A DNA stretch of 64,000 bases from Planctomycetota bacterium. GTDB taxonomy: Bacteria > Planctomycetota > PLA2 > JAEUHO01. The stretch is taken from assembly GCA_965222115.1 (NCBI GenBank), contig CBDCTJ010000007.1:1664001-1728000 (forward strand), written 5' to 3'. Below, piece after piece: positions 1 to 10,245 of the stretch. The position numbers and the translations under genes are program-made. Below the pieces are notes generated by a model. It searched no databases. It saw only the letters and a program-made list of their open reading frames with translations, and was not told the origin of the DNA. The stretch's first letter is position 1; each line of letters opens with the position of its first letter.

Positions 1-2065
1 ACACGAAGCGGCGCACATCGATCTGTGCTCCCGGAATGGTTTCGACGCGCTTTTGCAATTCCTCGATCCAAGGCGCCGACAAGTCGGGGCGTGAGGTGTT
101 GACTACTGTGTACGCATAGTTGGCGTAGTTCTGCTCCGGATTACTTGTGAGCATGAGCCGCGGTCCACCACTCCCAACAAATGAGATTGCACTCACCAGA
201 CGATCAATCGTCTCATCTCCACGATCGAGTGCTTGGGTTTCAAGGATCGCATCTTCCACCGCATCAACGGCAGCTGCCGTCGACTCCAACGACGCGCCTT
301 CCGGCAACCACGTGTGGATAAAGAACTGGTCCCTGTCTCCCAGCGGGAAAAACTCGTTGCCGATTAACGGGACCAGCATGAGGCTAAGCACTACCAGTAG
401 GGCCGCAATGCCCAGTGTTACGGCCTTATGGCTTAAGCACCAGCGCATCGAGCGTTCGTAGGCGCTGCCGATAGCGGATTTGTTCTCTTCGGACGTATCT
501 GGTTTGGGTGCACGAAGCAACCAATAGCACATGATGGGCGTAACCGTCATGGCGACGAAGTAGCTCATGAGCAGTGTGGTTGCGACAACGATTGGTAGGC
601 TGCGAACGTACTCGCCCACGCTGCCCTCGATGGTGAGCATGGGAAGAAATGCCGCAACGGTCGTGAGCGTTGATGTCAGAATGGGAATGGCTAGAGAGCG
701 CGCGCCTTCGATCGCCGCCTGTTTGCGCGTGGCGCCCTCATTGAGTAGTCGGACGGTGTTGTCGGAAACAACAATGGCGTTGTCCACGATCATACCGAGT
801 GCGATGATGAGCGATGCGATGGAGAATTGTTCTAGCTCTACACCAAACTGACGGACAACGAATAGCGATGCGATCATGGCTAGCGGTACGGCGGTGGCCA
901 TAATCAATGCAGGACGCCAGCCGAGCATGAGGAGTGCCACCAGTAGTACGATCAGAATCGCCTGCCAGAGGTTGGTGACAAAATCGCCGATCAGGGTGTC
1001 CACCTGTCGCGGCAAGTCGTTGACCACGGTGAGTTCAATGTCGTATGGCAGTGTGTCCGCGCGCATGGATGCAATGGTCTTGCGAACTTCGTTTCCCATG
1101 GTTACGACGTTGCCGCCTGACTTCATCGACACAGCCAATACGAGCGCACGTTCGAATCGTTCCGCACCGCCCTTGTTCGCGTTGAGCACGCGGCAGCGAG
1201 TGCGTGCGGGCTGCTCCGATGTACGATTCACACGCACCGGCAAATCGCGAAGAAAGATAGGGAGTTCTTCGTCGCGAAGGCCCACGACAACATCTCGGAT
1301 GGACTGGACGGCTTGAAAGTCACCGGTCGGCCGAATGGGAACGCGGGTGGTACCGGTGTCGATTTCGCCGGCGGGCGCAACGATGTTCCTTGCCGACAAG
1401 AGCTGTCCGAGTTGTTCTGCCGTGAGCCCAATCTTTGACCAGTCCGACGACGCGACTTCGAGATAAATCACTTCCCGCTGGACGCCGTGAAGCTCCACCT
1501 TCGCGACCGAGTCAATGCGTTCCAACTCCGATTTGACATCGTCTGCGAGGAGTTCAAGCTCTCGATCGGTGTAGTTATGAGGCGCTGCGGAACTTGCATC
1601 CGCGTCGCTCGCTCTCACCGAACGCGGATACAGGGCAATGCACACGGCGTAGACGTCGCCAAATCCGGAGTTCACAAACGGTGGCGAAACGCCTTGGGGA
1701 AGCTGAGACTGGATCGCGCCGACTTTGGCGCGCACCTCGTCCCACGCTTGATCTACGGATGCCGCTGGGAGCGTCTCTGTCAACTCAACGGTGATGACGG
1801 AGCTTCCCACTTTGGAAATGGATGTGATGGAGTGGACTTGATCCAGCTCGGCGATCGCGCTCTCGAGCGGGTCCGTAACGAGTTCCTCGACCTTGTCGGC
1901 AGGCGCTCCCGGCCATTGCGTAACAACGACGGCGACGCGAATGACGATTTCCGGGTCTTCCCGTCTCGGCATCGTTAAGAAGGTGGATGCGCCCAGCGCC
2001 ACCGCGACAAGCACCATGGCCATGGTTGTGGCTCGGTTCTTAACGGCGAAATGCGTGGCGCTCAT
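1..2065 (-). CDS. RND efflux transporter permease (AcrB/AcrD/AcrF family), 3' end runs off the window
   Basis: Manual translation from ATG 2065 gives MSATHFAVKNRATTMAMVLVAVALGASTFLTMPRREDPEIVIR, followed by the typical TM4 motif IALGMIVDNAIVVSDN. It has an ATGA overlap with the upstream adaptor. It is absent from the ORF track because it has no stop in the window. Confidence 0.9.
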   Translation of the reverse strand, partial: MSATHFAVKNRATTMAMVLVAVALGASTFLTMPRREDPEIVIRVAVVVTQWPGAPADKVEELVTDPLESAIAELDQVHSITSISKVGSSVITVELTETLPAASVDQAWDEVRAKVGAIQSQLPQGVSPPFVNSGFGDVYAVCIALYPRSVRASDADASSAAPHNYTDRELELLADDVKSELERIDSVAKVELHGVQREVIYLEVASSDWSKIGLTAEQLGQLLSARNIVAPAGEIDTGTTRVPIRPTGDFQAVQSIRDVVVGLRDEELPIFLRDLPVRVNRTSEQPARTRCRVLNANKGGAERFERALVLAVSMKSGGNVVTMGNEVRKTIASMRADTLPYDIELTVVNDLPRQVDTLIGDFVTNLWQAILIVLLVALLMLGWRPALIMATAVPLAMIASLFVVRQFGVELEQFSIASLIIALGMIVDNAIVVSDNTVRLLNEGATRKQAAIEGARSLAIPILTSTLTTVAAFLPMLTIEGSVGEYVRSLPIVVATTLLMSYFVAMTVTPIMCYWLLRAPKPDTSEENKSAIGSAYERSMRWCLSHKAVTLGIAALLVVLSLMLVPLIGNEFFPLGDRDQFFIHTWLPEGASLESTAAAVDAVEDAILETQALDRGDETIDRLVSAISFVGSGGPRLMLTSNPEQNYANYAYTVVNTSRPDLSAPWIEELQKRVETIPGAQIDVRRFV

Positions 2066-3879
2066 CGGTTCGTCCGTGTCGACGTGTGGTTACGCACGAC
2101 GTTGACGACAGCGCCGTCGTGACAGTAATGGGCGCCCCGGACCACGACGCGATCGCCTTCGACAAGTTCTTCGGAGCGGACCAAGACATCACCCGATTCA
2201 CCACCCGTTACCAGCACGGCTACGCGATGAGCCTTGTCGTCACGCACAACGTAAACGAAACGCTCATCACCGCGCGCCACGATGGCGGCAAGAGGAACTT
2301 GCACTCCGCCTTCGATGGATGTTTCGCCAAATGTCACAGGTACGAGATCGCCAGGGCGAATGGCCCATTCGAAACGATCGAGTCGCACACCGCCCTTTGC
2401 GATTTGGCGGGGATTCAGTCCTTTCACGCTCAAAACGAGGTCACCATTAGAAAGTGGATTCGCATGGGCGCTTGGCGTGACGCGGCAAAATCGCCAGTTG
2501 AGCACCTGAAAAAAGTCGCTTGGCTCCTTGCGATGTGACGTAACCGCCACGGGCTCCAGCTTGAGACGCCCACTGAACATGCCGGACGGACGTGCGATGC
2601 CAAACTTAGCGCCCGGAATGCGGTAGACGTATTCGCCGTCGCGGGTGGACACGATGCTGTCCTCCGACGCAAAGAGGGGTCCCTTTTCTCCCGCGTGCTC
2701 TTGGAGCGCAGGAAGAATCTGTCGAAACGAAACGGGTGTGGTGCCTGCAAGATCCTTCGTTGAACCAACCCGTCGTCGCGCGTTTCGAACCATGACGTCG
2801 ATTTGAAACGTGCGGGTTGCCGAGTCGGCAACAGAGCCCTTTTCGAACACCGTGCCTACCAGTCGGTCCGTTTTACCAAATTCGTTTAGGTCCGTGGGGT
2901 AGACAAAGGCGTGTTCGCCCGGAGGTATGCTTCGTTCCTGCTCAGCGGAAACGGATACCGACACTTTGATGGGGTCGATCAGTGTGAGCGTAATGACCGG
3001 CGAACCTGGTTGAACCCAATCGCCGTGGCTTACGTGGACGTTGGTAATTCTCCCTTCAAACGGGGCGCGCAATGTACAGCGTTCGAGATCAGTACGGGCT
3101 TGGCGTACGGCAAGCTCAAGCTCGCGTGCTTGTGCCCGTGCTCGGGCGAGTTCTTCTTTTTTGAGACGCTCGCCGGCTTCGGCTTCTTCCACTGTGGCAC
3201 GCGCGCTTGTAGCGCTCTCCAAGGCGGCGTCGTGACCTGCGCGCGCCTGGGTCACTTGAGATCGGGCCGCGTCGTGCGCGTTCAGTTGTCGATCGAGTTC
3301 CGATTTCGACACCGTCTTCGTCTGAAAGAGACGCTGCGTGCGCTTCAAATTCGCCAGCGCCAATCGCTCATTGGACGCTGCTGCGTCCAGCGCGGCCATC
3401 GCCGATTCCGCCTGTTTGATGGCGGCCTGTTCTTGCGATTTGGCTCTCGCGATGCGAGCTGGGATGAGGTCACTGAGTTCTACTTTGAGTGCGTCTATTC
3501 CGGCCATCGCAGTTCGGAGGCGAAGTTGAGAGGCCTCCAATCGTTGGCGATAGGTCGTGTCGTCAATCTGCGCGATGATGCTTCCTTCGGCCTCGACGCT
3601 TCCTGTGCGATTGGGCCGTATCGTGATCTCGGTCATGGTTCCCACGTCCCGTAGATTGGTGATTCGCCCTGCTACTTCAAAGCCTGCACGAGCCTGCCGA
3701 TAGGGGATCGCTACGCCGGTGAACTGAGGGCGTTTTGCGTACGACTGAGCGGATACCGATGTGACTTCAACGGCCCGCGCGCGAACAACGGTAGCTGGCG
3801 GTTCGCTGCCACACGCCGAGACGGCAACGGCCAACGCGAGTAAGCAAGCACTTCGAATGATCCGTGCAGTACTATTCAT
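2062..3879 (-). CDS. RND efflux periplasmic adaptor (membrane fusion protein), lipoprotein
   Basis: Lipobox LAVAVSAC, lipoyl half-motifs (GFEVAGRI; LRAPFEGRI...GDWVQPG), a long coiled-coil hairpin, the DSATRTF motif and C-terminal VEGDRVVVRG. Directly upstream of the AcrB-like gene. Confidence 0.88.
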   Translation of the reverse strand: MNSTARIIRSACLLALAVAVSACGSEPPATVVRARAVEVTSVSAQSYAKRPQFTGVAIPYRQARAGFEVAGRITNLRDVGTMTEITIRPNRTGSVEAEGSIIAQIDDTTYRQRLEASQLRLRTAMAGIDALKVELSDLIPARIARAKSQEQAAIKQAESAMAALDAAASNERLALANLKRTQRLFQTKTVSKSELDRQLNAHDAARSQVTQARAGHDAALESATSARATVEEAEAGERLKKEELARARAQARELELAVRQARTDLERCTLRAPFEGRITNVHVSHGDWVQPGSPVITLTLIDPIKVSVSVSAEQERSIPPGEHAFVYPTDLNEFGKTDRLVGTVFEKGSVADSATRTFQIDVMVRNARRRVGSTKDLAGTTPVSFRQILPALQEHAGEKGPLFASEDSIVSTRDGEYVYRIPGAKFGIARPSGMFSGRLKLEPVAVTSHRKEPSDFFQVLNWRFCRVTPSAHANPLSNGDLVLSVKGLNPRQIAKGGVRLDRFEWAIRPGDLVPVTFGETSIEGGVQVPLAAIVARGDERFVYVVRDDKAHRVAVLVTGGESGDVLVRSEELVEGDRVVVRGAHYCHDGAVVNVVRNHTSTRTNR

Positions 3880-3960
3880 GGGATCCTCGCCGAATGAGGT
3901 TTGTTTTGTCCTAGTGCCGTTGCACGTCCGACGTGAATCGGGCCCACGCGCGAGAGTCTC

Positions 3961-6441
3961 TCAGGACGTCGATGCGGCGCTTTCCGTAGCATTGGGATCG
4001 TCCAGCCTAGCCTCCACAACCTCCGGCTCTTCCAATGCGTCCACCACTTCCACCTCAAGCTTCGCTACACGCCCCGCAGCATGAATCGCGCCTTCCACAT
4101 CCTCTAGTCGCGACGCCGTTTCCGCAGGTACACGAAGCGTTGCGACTGCAAGCGGCTTCCCGGCACCCACCGAGTTTGACGTGCGCCAACGGCGAATCGC
4201 GGTGAGTACCGAAATCGCAGCGTCGCCATATACACTCGCGTCGGCGTTGTTGTCTTCCGTGGAAGGCCACGGCGCGATGCCGATCGACACCTTTCCTTCG
4301 GTCTCGCGGAAGATGGCTTGGTACACCGCTTCGCAAATGTGAGGTGTGAAGGGCGCGAGCAAGCGGGTGATGCCGTAAAGCGCGTCGTAGAGTCCCGCCA
4401 AAGCAGCATCACGGTCGTCCTTGCCTTCCGGTGAGTTGTCGTAGAGACGGTTCTTGATCATCTCCAAGTAGTTGTCGCAGAGATCGTTCCAGAAGAAGCG
4501 CTCGAGATCGTTCTTCGCAATGCCAAACTCATAGCGATCGAGATTCTTGGTTGCCAACGCAGCCGTCTGGGTCAGTCGACTTCGAATCCAGCGATCGATG
4601 GGGCGGGGTTTTGCTTTGCAGGCCTTGCGATCAAAGGCGGGGCGGTCGTCTTTCGCCAAGAGGTGGCCTTGCGCCAGCTTGGTGGCGTTGAACAATTTCA
4701 CGCAAAGGCGTCGGCCTTGCTTGATGTCGTTCAGGCTGTACACCGTATCGCTGCCGAGCGTTGCAGATAAGGCCCAGTAGCGAACCGCGTCGGCGCCATG
4801 TTCGGTGACCATGTCGCGCGGATCATCCGGAGCGTTTTGCGCAGACTTGCCGATTTTGGCGCCCGACTTCGTTTGTACATGGCCCGATACCACCACGTCA
4901 TGCCATGGCAACTCGCCATGATGGATCCAACTCTTCAGCACGGTGTAGAACGCCCAGGTGCGAATAATGTCGTGGGCCTGCGGGCGAATCGACATGGGGA
5001 GCGGCGACTTCGGGAGGTCGTCGTTCTCTCCCCAGCGACCATTGATCTGGGGAGTTTCACTTGACGTGGCCCACGTGTCCATGACGTCGGTTTCTGGGCG
5101 CCAATCGGTTGCGCCACACTTTTCGCAAGCACTGGTAACGTCGAAGTTTTTGTGGTCAAAGATGGGCAGCCACTCATCGGGTGCCGCGAATACATGATTG
5201 CAACTATTGCAGTACCAGACCGGAAACGGCACGCCGTAGAAGCGTTGACGCGAAATGCCCCAGTCCCACTCGAGTCCTTCGACCCAGTTGTGGTACCGCT
5301 TGCCCATGTGGGCGGGATACCAGTTGAGCTTCTGGCCGAGTTCCAACAGTTTGTCTTTCTTGTCGAGCACCTTTACGAACCACTGGCGCGCCGGCAAGAA
5401 CTCCACTTCACGGCCCGTGCGTTCATACACATTGACCACGTTGTCTACGTCCTTTTGAGCGATCAAATGACCGGCTTCCTTGAGACGTTCAAGCACCTTG
5501 CGCCGCACCTGCTTTGCGAAGAGTCCCGTCTCGGGCCCTGCAAGTTCGGTAAAGCGGCCGTCGCGACCCACGGCTTGGCGCAAGTCGAGCTTGTGCTTCT
5601 GATACCACTCCACGTCGGTCTTATCACCGAACGTGCAACACATCACTATGCCCGTGCCCTTCTCGGGGTCCACCGTGTCGTCGGCACGAATCAACACTTC
5701 GTGACCGAAGAGCGGCACGATGGCGTGCTTGCCAATCAGTTCCTTGGAGCGGGGATGCGTGGGGTGGATGAACACGGCGACACACGCACAGAGCAACTCG
5801 GGTCGAGTGGTTGCGATGGTGAAGTCGCCGCCGTCCTTCAGGTCAAAGCGCACGTCGTTCATCTTCGTGCGTTGATCCTTGCTCTTGAGTTCGGCTTGAG
5901 CGACCGAGCACTGCGTCTCTGTATCCCACATGGTGGGACTCGTGTGGAGATAGGCCTCGTCCTTCTCAAGTAGATCCAAGAACGCGCGTTGGCTGATGCG
6001 CACGGAGCGCTCGTCAATCGTGCTGTAGCAGAGCGACCAGTCGGCACTCACGCCCAGTGAGCGCCACAACTGCTCAAACTCTTGTTCGTACTTCTTGGTG
6101 GTCTTCTGGCAGAGGGCCACAAACTCGTCGCGCGGCATCTCGCGGCCAAGCACGTCGTGTTCGCGCTCGGTCAACCGCTCACTGGGAAGGCCATTGCCGT
6201 CAAAACCAAACGGATAGAAGACGCTCTTTCCCTTCATGCGCTGATAGCGCACGATGCACTCGGCCTGCGTATACGACGACACGTGGCCCACGTGCAGACT
6301 GCCCGACACGGTGGGTGGGGGCGTGTCTACTGAGAAGACGTCCGCCTTGTTCGCTGGATCGAAACGATGGACACCCTCGCGCTCCCACAGTTCTTGGGCC
6401 GCGGTGTCGATCCCTTTGGGGTCGTATTTACCTTCGAGCAT
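3961..6441 (-). CDS. valS: valine--tRNA ligase (short, archaeal-like type)
   Basis: DTPPPTVSGSLHVGH (HIGH), IATTRPELL, GTGIVMCCTFGD, DWGISRQR, DVMDTWATS, PQAHDIIRTWAF. KMSKS appears as KIGKS. GGAG lies upstream of the ATG. Confidence 0.95.
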   Translation of the reverse strand: MLEGKYDPKGIDTAAQELWEREGVHRFDPANKADVFSVDTPPPTVSGSLHVGHVSSYTQAECIVRYQRMKGKSVFYPFGFDGNGLPSERLTEREHDVLGREMPRDEFVALCQKTTKKYEQEFEQLWRSLGVSADWSLCYSTIDERSVRISQRAFLDLLEKDEAYLHTSPTMWDTETQCSVAQAELKSKDQRTKMNDVRFDLKDGGDFTIATTRPELLCACVAVFIHPTHPRSKELIGKHAIVPLFGHEVLIRADDTVDPEKGTGIVMCCTFGDKTDVEWYQKHKLDLRQAVGRDGRFTELAGPETGLFAKQVRRKVLERLKEAGHLIAQKDVDNVVNVYERTGREVEFLPARQWFVKVLDKKDKLLELGQKLNWYPAHMGKRYHNWVEGLEWDWGISRQRFYGVPFPVWYCNSCNHVFAAPDEWLPIFDHKNFDVTSACEKCGATDWRPETDVMDTWATSSETPQINGRWGENDDLPKSPLPMSIRPQAHDIIRTWAFYTVLKSWIHHGELPWHDVVVSGHVQTKSGAKIGKSAQNAPDDPRDMVTEHGADAVRYWALSATLGSDTVYSLNDIKQGRRLCVKLFNATKLAQGHLLAKDDRPAFDRKACKAKPRPIDRWIRSRLTQTAALATKNLDRYEFGIAKNDLERFFWNDLCDNYLEMIKNRLYDNSPEGKDDRDAALAGLYDALYGITRLLAPFTPHICEAVYQAIFRETEGKVSIGIAPWPSTEDNNADASVYGDAAISVLTAIRRWRTSNSVGAGKPLAVATLRVPAETASRLEDVEGAIHAAGRVAKLEVEVVDALEEPEVVEARLDDPNATESAASTS

Positions 6442-6483
6442 CGCGATAGACTCCGAGCGAGGAAACGGCGTAGCATACGGTCG

Positions 6484-7098
6484 CTACGGCTCTCCTGCCT
6501 CGTTCGCCGCCGCCTCCCAGTTGGGGAGCTTGCCCTTGGCCAGCAATTCCGCACGGATGTTCTCGAGTTTGAGCGCGGCTTCGATGCGCTCGGTGTAGCT
6601 CTCGACCGTGTCGTGTTCGCCGCGGCGTACGCCCAGCATTTCGCCGATCTGCATCATGAGCGCGGGGTCGCGGGAGAGGTCGTAGCGTTGACGCACCATG
6701 AGGTAACCCAGCAACTCCAAGAAAATCTTTCGGGCAAAGTACGAACAGATCCAATGCATGAGCAGCGTCACGAGAACCATGATGGCGAGCGCGATGCCCA
6801 AGTAAGCCGTCATGTCGGCGAGCGCTTCGCGGGGATCGTTGTGGGGCCCCTCTAGTTTCTGAGCTTGGCGTACCACGATGTAGAGGTGCATCCCCACGCC
6901 CACGAGAATGAAGATAAAGCCGACAACACGTTCGAGGCGCTGCACAAAGAAGTTGCGAAAGCGCTTGACCTTGTCGGTGGGGAGATCGAGCAGTTCACGC
7001 ATCTGCCCCTTCTCGCGTCGGCTCACGGAGGCCTTGGCGAGGAAGTAGGCTCCCACCAAAATGGCGAGCCAAGCAATGATCTGTCGCTCGGGATACAT
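6484..7098 (-). CDS. hypothetical membrane protein (about 3 TM segments)
   Basis: ORF 6484..7164 has three hydrophobic segments. The start is more likely MYPERQ (7098). No recognisable family. Confidence 0.6.
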   Translation of the reverse strand: MYPERQIIAWLAILVGAYFLAKASVSRREKGQMRELLDLPTDKVKRFRNFFVQRLERVVGFIFILVGVGMHLYIVVRQAQKLEGPHNDPREALADMTAYLGIALAIMVLVTLLMHWICSYFARKIFLELLGYLMVRQRYDLSRDPALMMQIGEMLGVRRGEHDTVESYTERIEAALKLENIRAELLAKGKLPNWEAAANEAGEP

Positions 7099-7232
7099 CG
7101 GGAATACGAAGGTAGCCGCGCCTGCCGACGTCCGGGCGAATTCTCGTGCTTTGGCGAGCACCAAAACACCGCCGCCCGGCTGCTAATCTAGCGAGGGTCC
7201 GAAACGCGGACGATTCTGGAGTTTCTTAACGC

Positions 7233-8045
7233 TTGAGTGTCCCCGCTGCCCCCTCTGCCACCATGCCCGCATCGAAGGACCCTTCGCTGCAGAACGAGTT
7301 GGGACGGATCTTTCGCATTCGCGGACGGGCGTTGGCATGGCGTCATGCACTGCGACTGCACTTCGTCATTCTGATTGCTGCGTGTGTGCTTGCCTTCGTG
7401 AGCCGTGTGTTTACGCCGCTCCCCGGCCTTGAGTTGCTTCACGGACGATGGATTCCCACCATGTTCGTCGCGTTTGGGCTGCTCGTCTTGCTCTACGCGC
7501 TCCATGCGTTGTTGCGCCTCATCTATCGCATGGCTACCAAGCGGGATGCCGAGCTACTTGCCTCGCGTTTGGAGAAGCGATTCAAGTGGAACGAGGATGC
7601 GACAACGGCGTTGGCACTGGATCACCAGGAGTGCGATGGTCCGATTGCCAGATTTTTGTTGGCATCAACAGCCGGTCGGCTCCGAGCGATTCACGCATCC
7701 AAACTCTGGCCACTGTCGCGACGCATGCCGTGGATCCGCGGCTTCCTTGTGATTTGCTTCGCATTCATTTTGCTTGGGCCCGGGGTCGATGGACTGCGCG
7801 CGCGAATGGGCATCGGTCGCGGTGAACCCGCTGGAATTGGTGCCACGGATAGCGATCCCGAAGCTGGAGCGCCGCAAGCATTCCCCATGGCTACGTGGTT
7901 GCGCCTGTTCGTGGAGGAACCGGTTCGTGTAGAACCGCTGCCTCCGGAGAACGAGCCTCCCAAGAACGAGCCAGACATCGACGCACCCAACACCGATACA
8001 CCCAACAGCGACACGTCAAACACCAACGCAAAGGAAGCGAAATGA
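7233..8045 (+). CDS. hypothetical membrane protein, first gene of the DUF58/BatA cluster
   Basis: Hydrophobic segments and an ATGA overlap with the next gene. Exact start uncertain. Confidence 0.6.
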   Translation: MSVPAAPSATMPASKDPSLQNELGRIFRIRGRALAWRHALRLHFVILIAACVLAFVSRVFTPLPGLELLHGRWIPTMFVAFGLLVLLYALHALLRLIYRMATKRDAELLASRLEKRFKWNEDATTALALDHQECDGPIARFLLASTAGRLRAIHASKLWPLSRRMPWIRGFLVICFAFILLGPGVDGLRARMGIGRGEPAGIGATDSDPEAGAPQAFPMATWLRLFVEEPVRVEPLPPENEPPKNEPDIDAPNTDTPNSDTSNTNAKEAK

Positions 8046-9373
8046 GGACGCTTACTGGTGTTGCAATCGTGTTTGTCTTCATGCTGAGTGCGCAAGCGCT
8101 GCGTGCCGAGGACGACGCACCGAGCACGGAGAACGTGACGTGGAAGAAGTCGCTTCGCGAGGCCTACCAAATCGCCAAACGCGAGCAGAAACCGTTATTC
8201 GTCGCGATGCACGAACCCACTGGAGCCACCAGTAGAGCATGGCCCGCAAGTGCGACCGGATGGGCGGCGCTCTATCGCCACCCGCGCGTCGTGAGTGAAC
8301 TCACGGCGTATGTCTGCGTGCAACAGATACGCAGCCCGGCATTGTTGCGGGGATTCCGAAGTGCGAGTGAAACACAGGGGGCGCCCTACTTAATGGTGCT
8401 TGACGCATCGCAGCGCGCGCTGGCACTCGAAGATCGTTGGACCGCGGCGCAAGGTGACGCAAGTGTTGAGGCACTCGTTTCCTTTCTGAGGACCGCGCGC
8501 CAACGTTACGAGACCCTGCAACTCGCGAAACCCGCCACGGACGAGCCGACAGAAGGTCGCGAAGAGGCGTCGCGTCGTGCACTTCCCCAAGCCGGTAGCA
8601 TTCTCAAACCCACGCCACTTTCAATGAAATCGCCTGCATTGCGGATTCATCTTCGGTGGAGCTTGCCCGCACCCGCCCTGCGCACACCGGGAGCAAAGAA
8701 TCCAGAGCGGTCAACGCGAACCAACGCTTCGCAGCGTGTTGGCGTAAATATGATGTGGGATGACCAAGGTCCGTTTGCACTCGAGCCGCTCACCATCACG
8801 CCCGGTGAAGCGATTGAGCACGCACTCGACATACGCCTCAACCGCATCGAGGCGTTGCAGCCGTTTCTCACGAAGGGCAAGCACGCGATCACGATATTTC
8901 TACGGGAGTTCGATGGGACGTCGTCCTTAGGGAATGCCCGCGTGCCCGTTGCACGCGTGTGGGTGGCGCTTGGCGAGGGAGGTGGTGGTGGCGGTGCACA
9001 GAATGAACCCACGCCCGACGAAAGGAACAAGGGTGAAGACGAGGCCGATAAGCCCATTCCCGATAAGGAGAACGAGAAGCCACCGCAGGTGGAACCGGAA
9101 GAAGAGCGCCAAGAGGTTGTCGATCCCTTCGTTCGCAACGACGAAACGGTCAAGAAGGACGATGCGATTGTTGCCGTTGAGGATGAGAACGCCGGTCTAA
9201 AGCAGCCCCAACCCGAGATCACGGAAGAACAGCTTCGTCAGTTTGAAGCCTTGCGCACCGCGGCGTTGCGCGATGGCCGTATCTCCAAATCGGAAGCGGA
9301 GTTTCTCGCGCGTTACTTTGCTGCGCTGAAGAAGCGAGCCACATCGAAGCCGCGCACAGGTGCGACCAAATGA
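8042..9373 (+). CDS. secreted protein with Cys-less thioredoxin-like N-domain and acidic low-complexity C-region
   Basis: Signal peptide MRTLTGVAIVFVFMLSAQALRA. VTWKKSLREAYQIAKREQKPLFVAM resembles the start of thioredoxin-like domains. ATGA overlaps at both ends. Confidence 0.65.
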   Translation: MRTLTGVAIVFVFMLSAQALRAEDDAPSTENVTWKKSLREAYQIAKREQKPLFVAMHEPTGATSRAWPASATGWAALYRHPRVVSELTAYVCVQQIRSPALLRGFRSASETQGAPYLMVLDASQRALALEDRWTAAQGDASVEALVSFLRTARQRYETLQLAKPATDEPTEGREEASRRALPQAGSILKPTPLSMKSPALRIHLRWSLPAPALRTPGAKNPERSTRTNASQRVGVNMMWDDQGPFALEPLTITPGEAIEHALDIRLNRIEALQPFLTKGKHAITIFLREFDGTSSLGNARVPVARVWVALGEGGGGGGAQNEPTPDERNKGEDEADKPIPDKENEKPPQVEPEEERQEVVDPFVRNDETVKKDDAIVAVEDENAGLKQPQPEITEEQLRQFEALRTAALRDGRISKSEAEFLARYFAALKKRATSKPRTGATK

Positions 9374-10245
9374 GAGGCGCACCGCTATTCACACCCGACG
9401 AGTTGGCGCGCCTCAACCGATTGCGAGCGCGAAAACGCCGAATGACGCCCGCCACCTACGCCGGGGATTGGCGCAGCGATCGGTTTGGCTCCAGCGGGTT
9501 ATTTGCCGACTACCGCGACTACGTTGTGGGCGACGATCTGCGGCATGTGGATTGGAACGTGTACGCGCGCCTCGGCGACTTGGTCGTCAAACGATACGAG
9601 GCCATGGAGAGCGCCGAACTCGTCATGCTCGTGGATCGTAGCAGTTCCATGCTGCCCGCCCGTGCGCGCATGGCGCGCCGACTTGCTGGTGCGATTGGCT
9701 ATATCGCATTGGCCCACATGGATCAAGTGCAGTTGTCATGGATGCCCACGGATGGCACGCGCGTGCGTGAGCGATTCCGTGGTCGGCGCGCGGGCGCGTC
9801 GTTTCTGAAGGCGCTTGCTGCGCCAAGGAACGACGGCGCTACGGATCACGCAACCACAGTTCGGCGAGTCATCCCAAGTGTCAAGCGTCAGGCGATGGCC
9901 ATTGTGTTATCGGATTTCTATGATCCTCACCACACAACGGCCGCACTTGCTCGCCTTCATGCGCGTGGGCTAGACGTCGTCGCATTGCACCTGACAGACC
10001 GCAGCGATGTCGATTTCCAAATTGGCGACTCGCTGCGCATCACCGATGCGGAGACGGGTGAGACGCTTCGTGTGGATGTCACCGATGTGTTCTTGGATGC
10101 ACTGCAAGCGTCGTGGCGACGACGCGCCGAGTCATTGCAGCGTTGGTGTGTTGAACGCGAGATCGCCTACCAACCCATTGACGTCCACGGATCGTTGTGG
10201 GACGCCTTGCGAAACCTTCGCGACCGCGGAATTGCCCTCTCGTGA
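9370..10245 (+). CDS. DUF58 family protein (MoxR-associated, vWA-like)
   Basis: FADYRDYVVGDDLRHVDWNVYAR, LVDRSSSM and VLSDFYD are DUF58 hallmarks. Confidence 0.9.
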   Translation: MRGAPLFTPDELARLNRLRARKRRMTPATYAGDWRSDRFGSSGLFADYRDYVVGDDLRHVDWNVYARLGDLVVKRYEAMESAELVMLVDRSSSMLPARARMARRLAGAIGYIALAHMDQVQLSWMPTDGTRVRERFRGRRAGASFLKALAAPRNDGATDHATTVRRVIPSVKRQAMAIVLSDFYDPHHTTAALARLHARGLDVVALHLTDRSDVDFQIGDSLRITDAETGETLRVDVTDVFLDALQASWRRRAESLQRWCVEREIAYQPIDVHGSLWDALRNLRDRGIALS

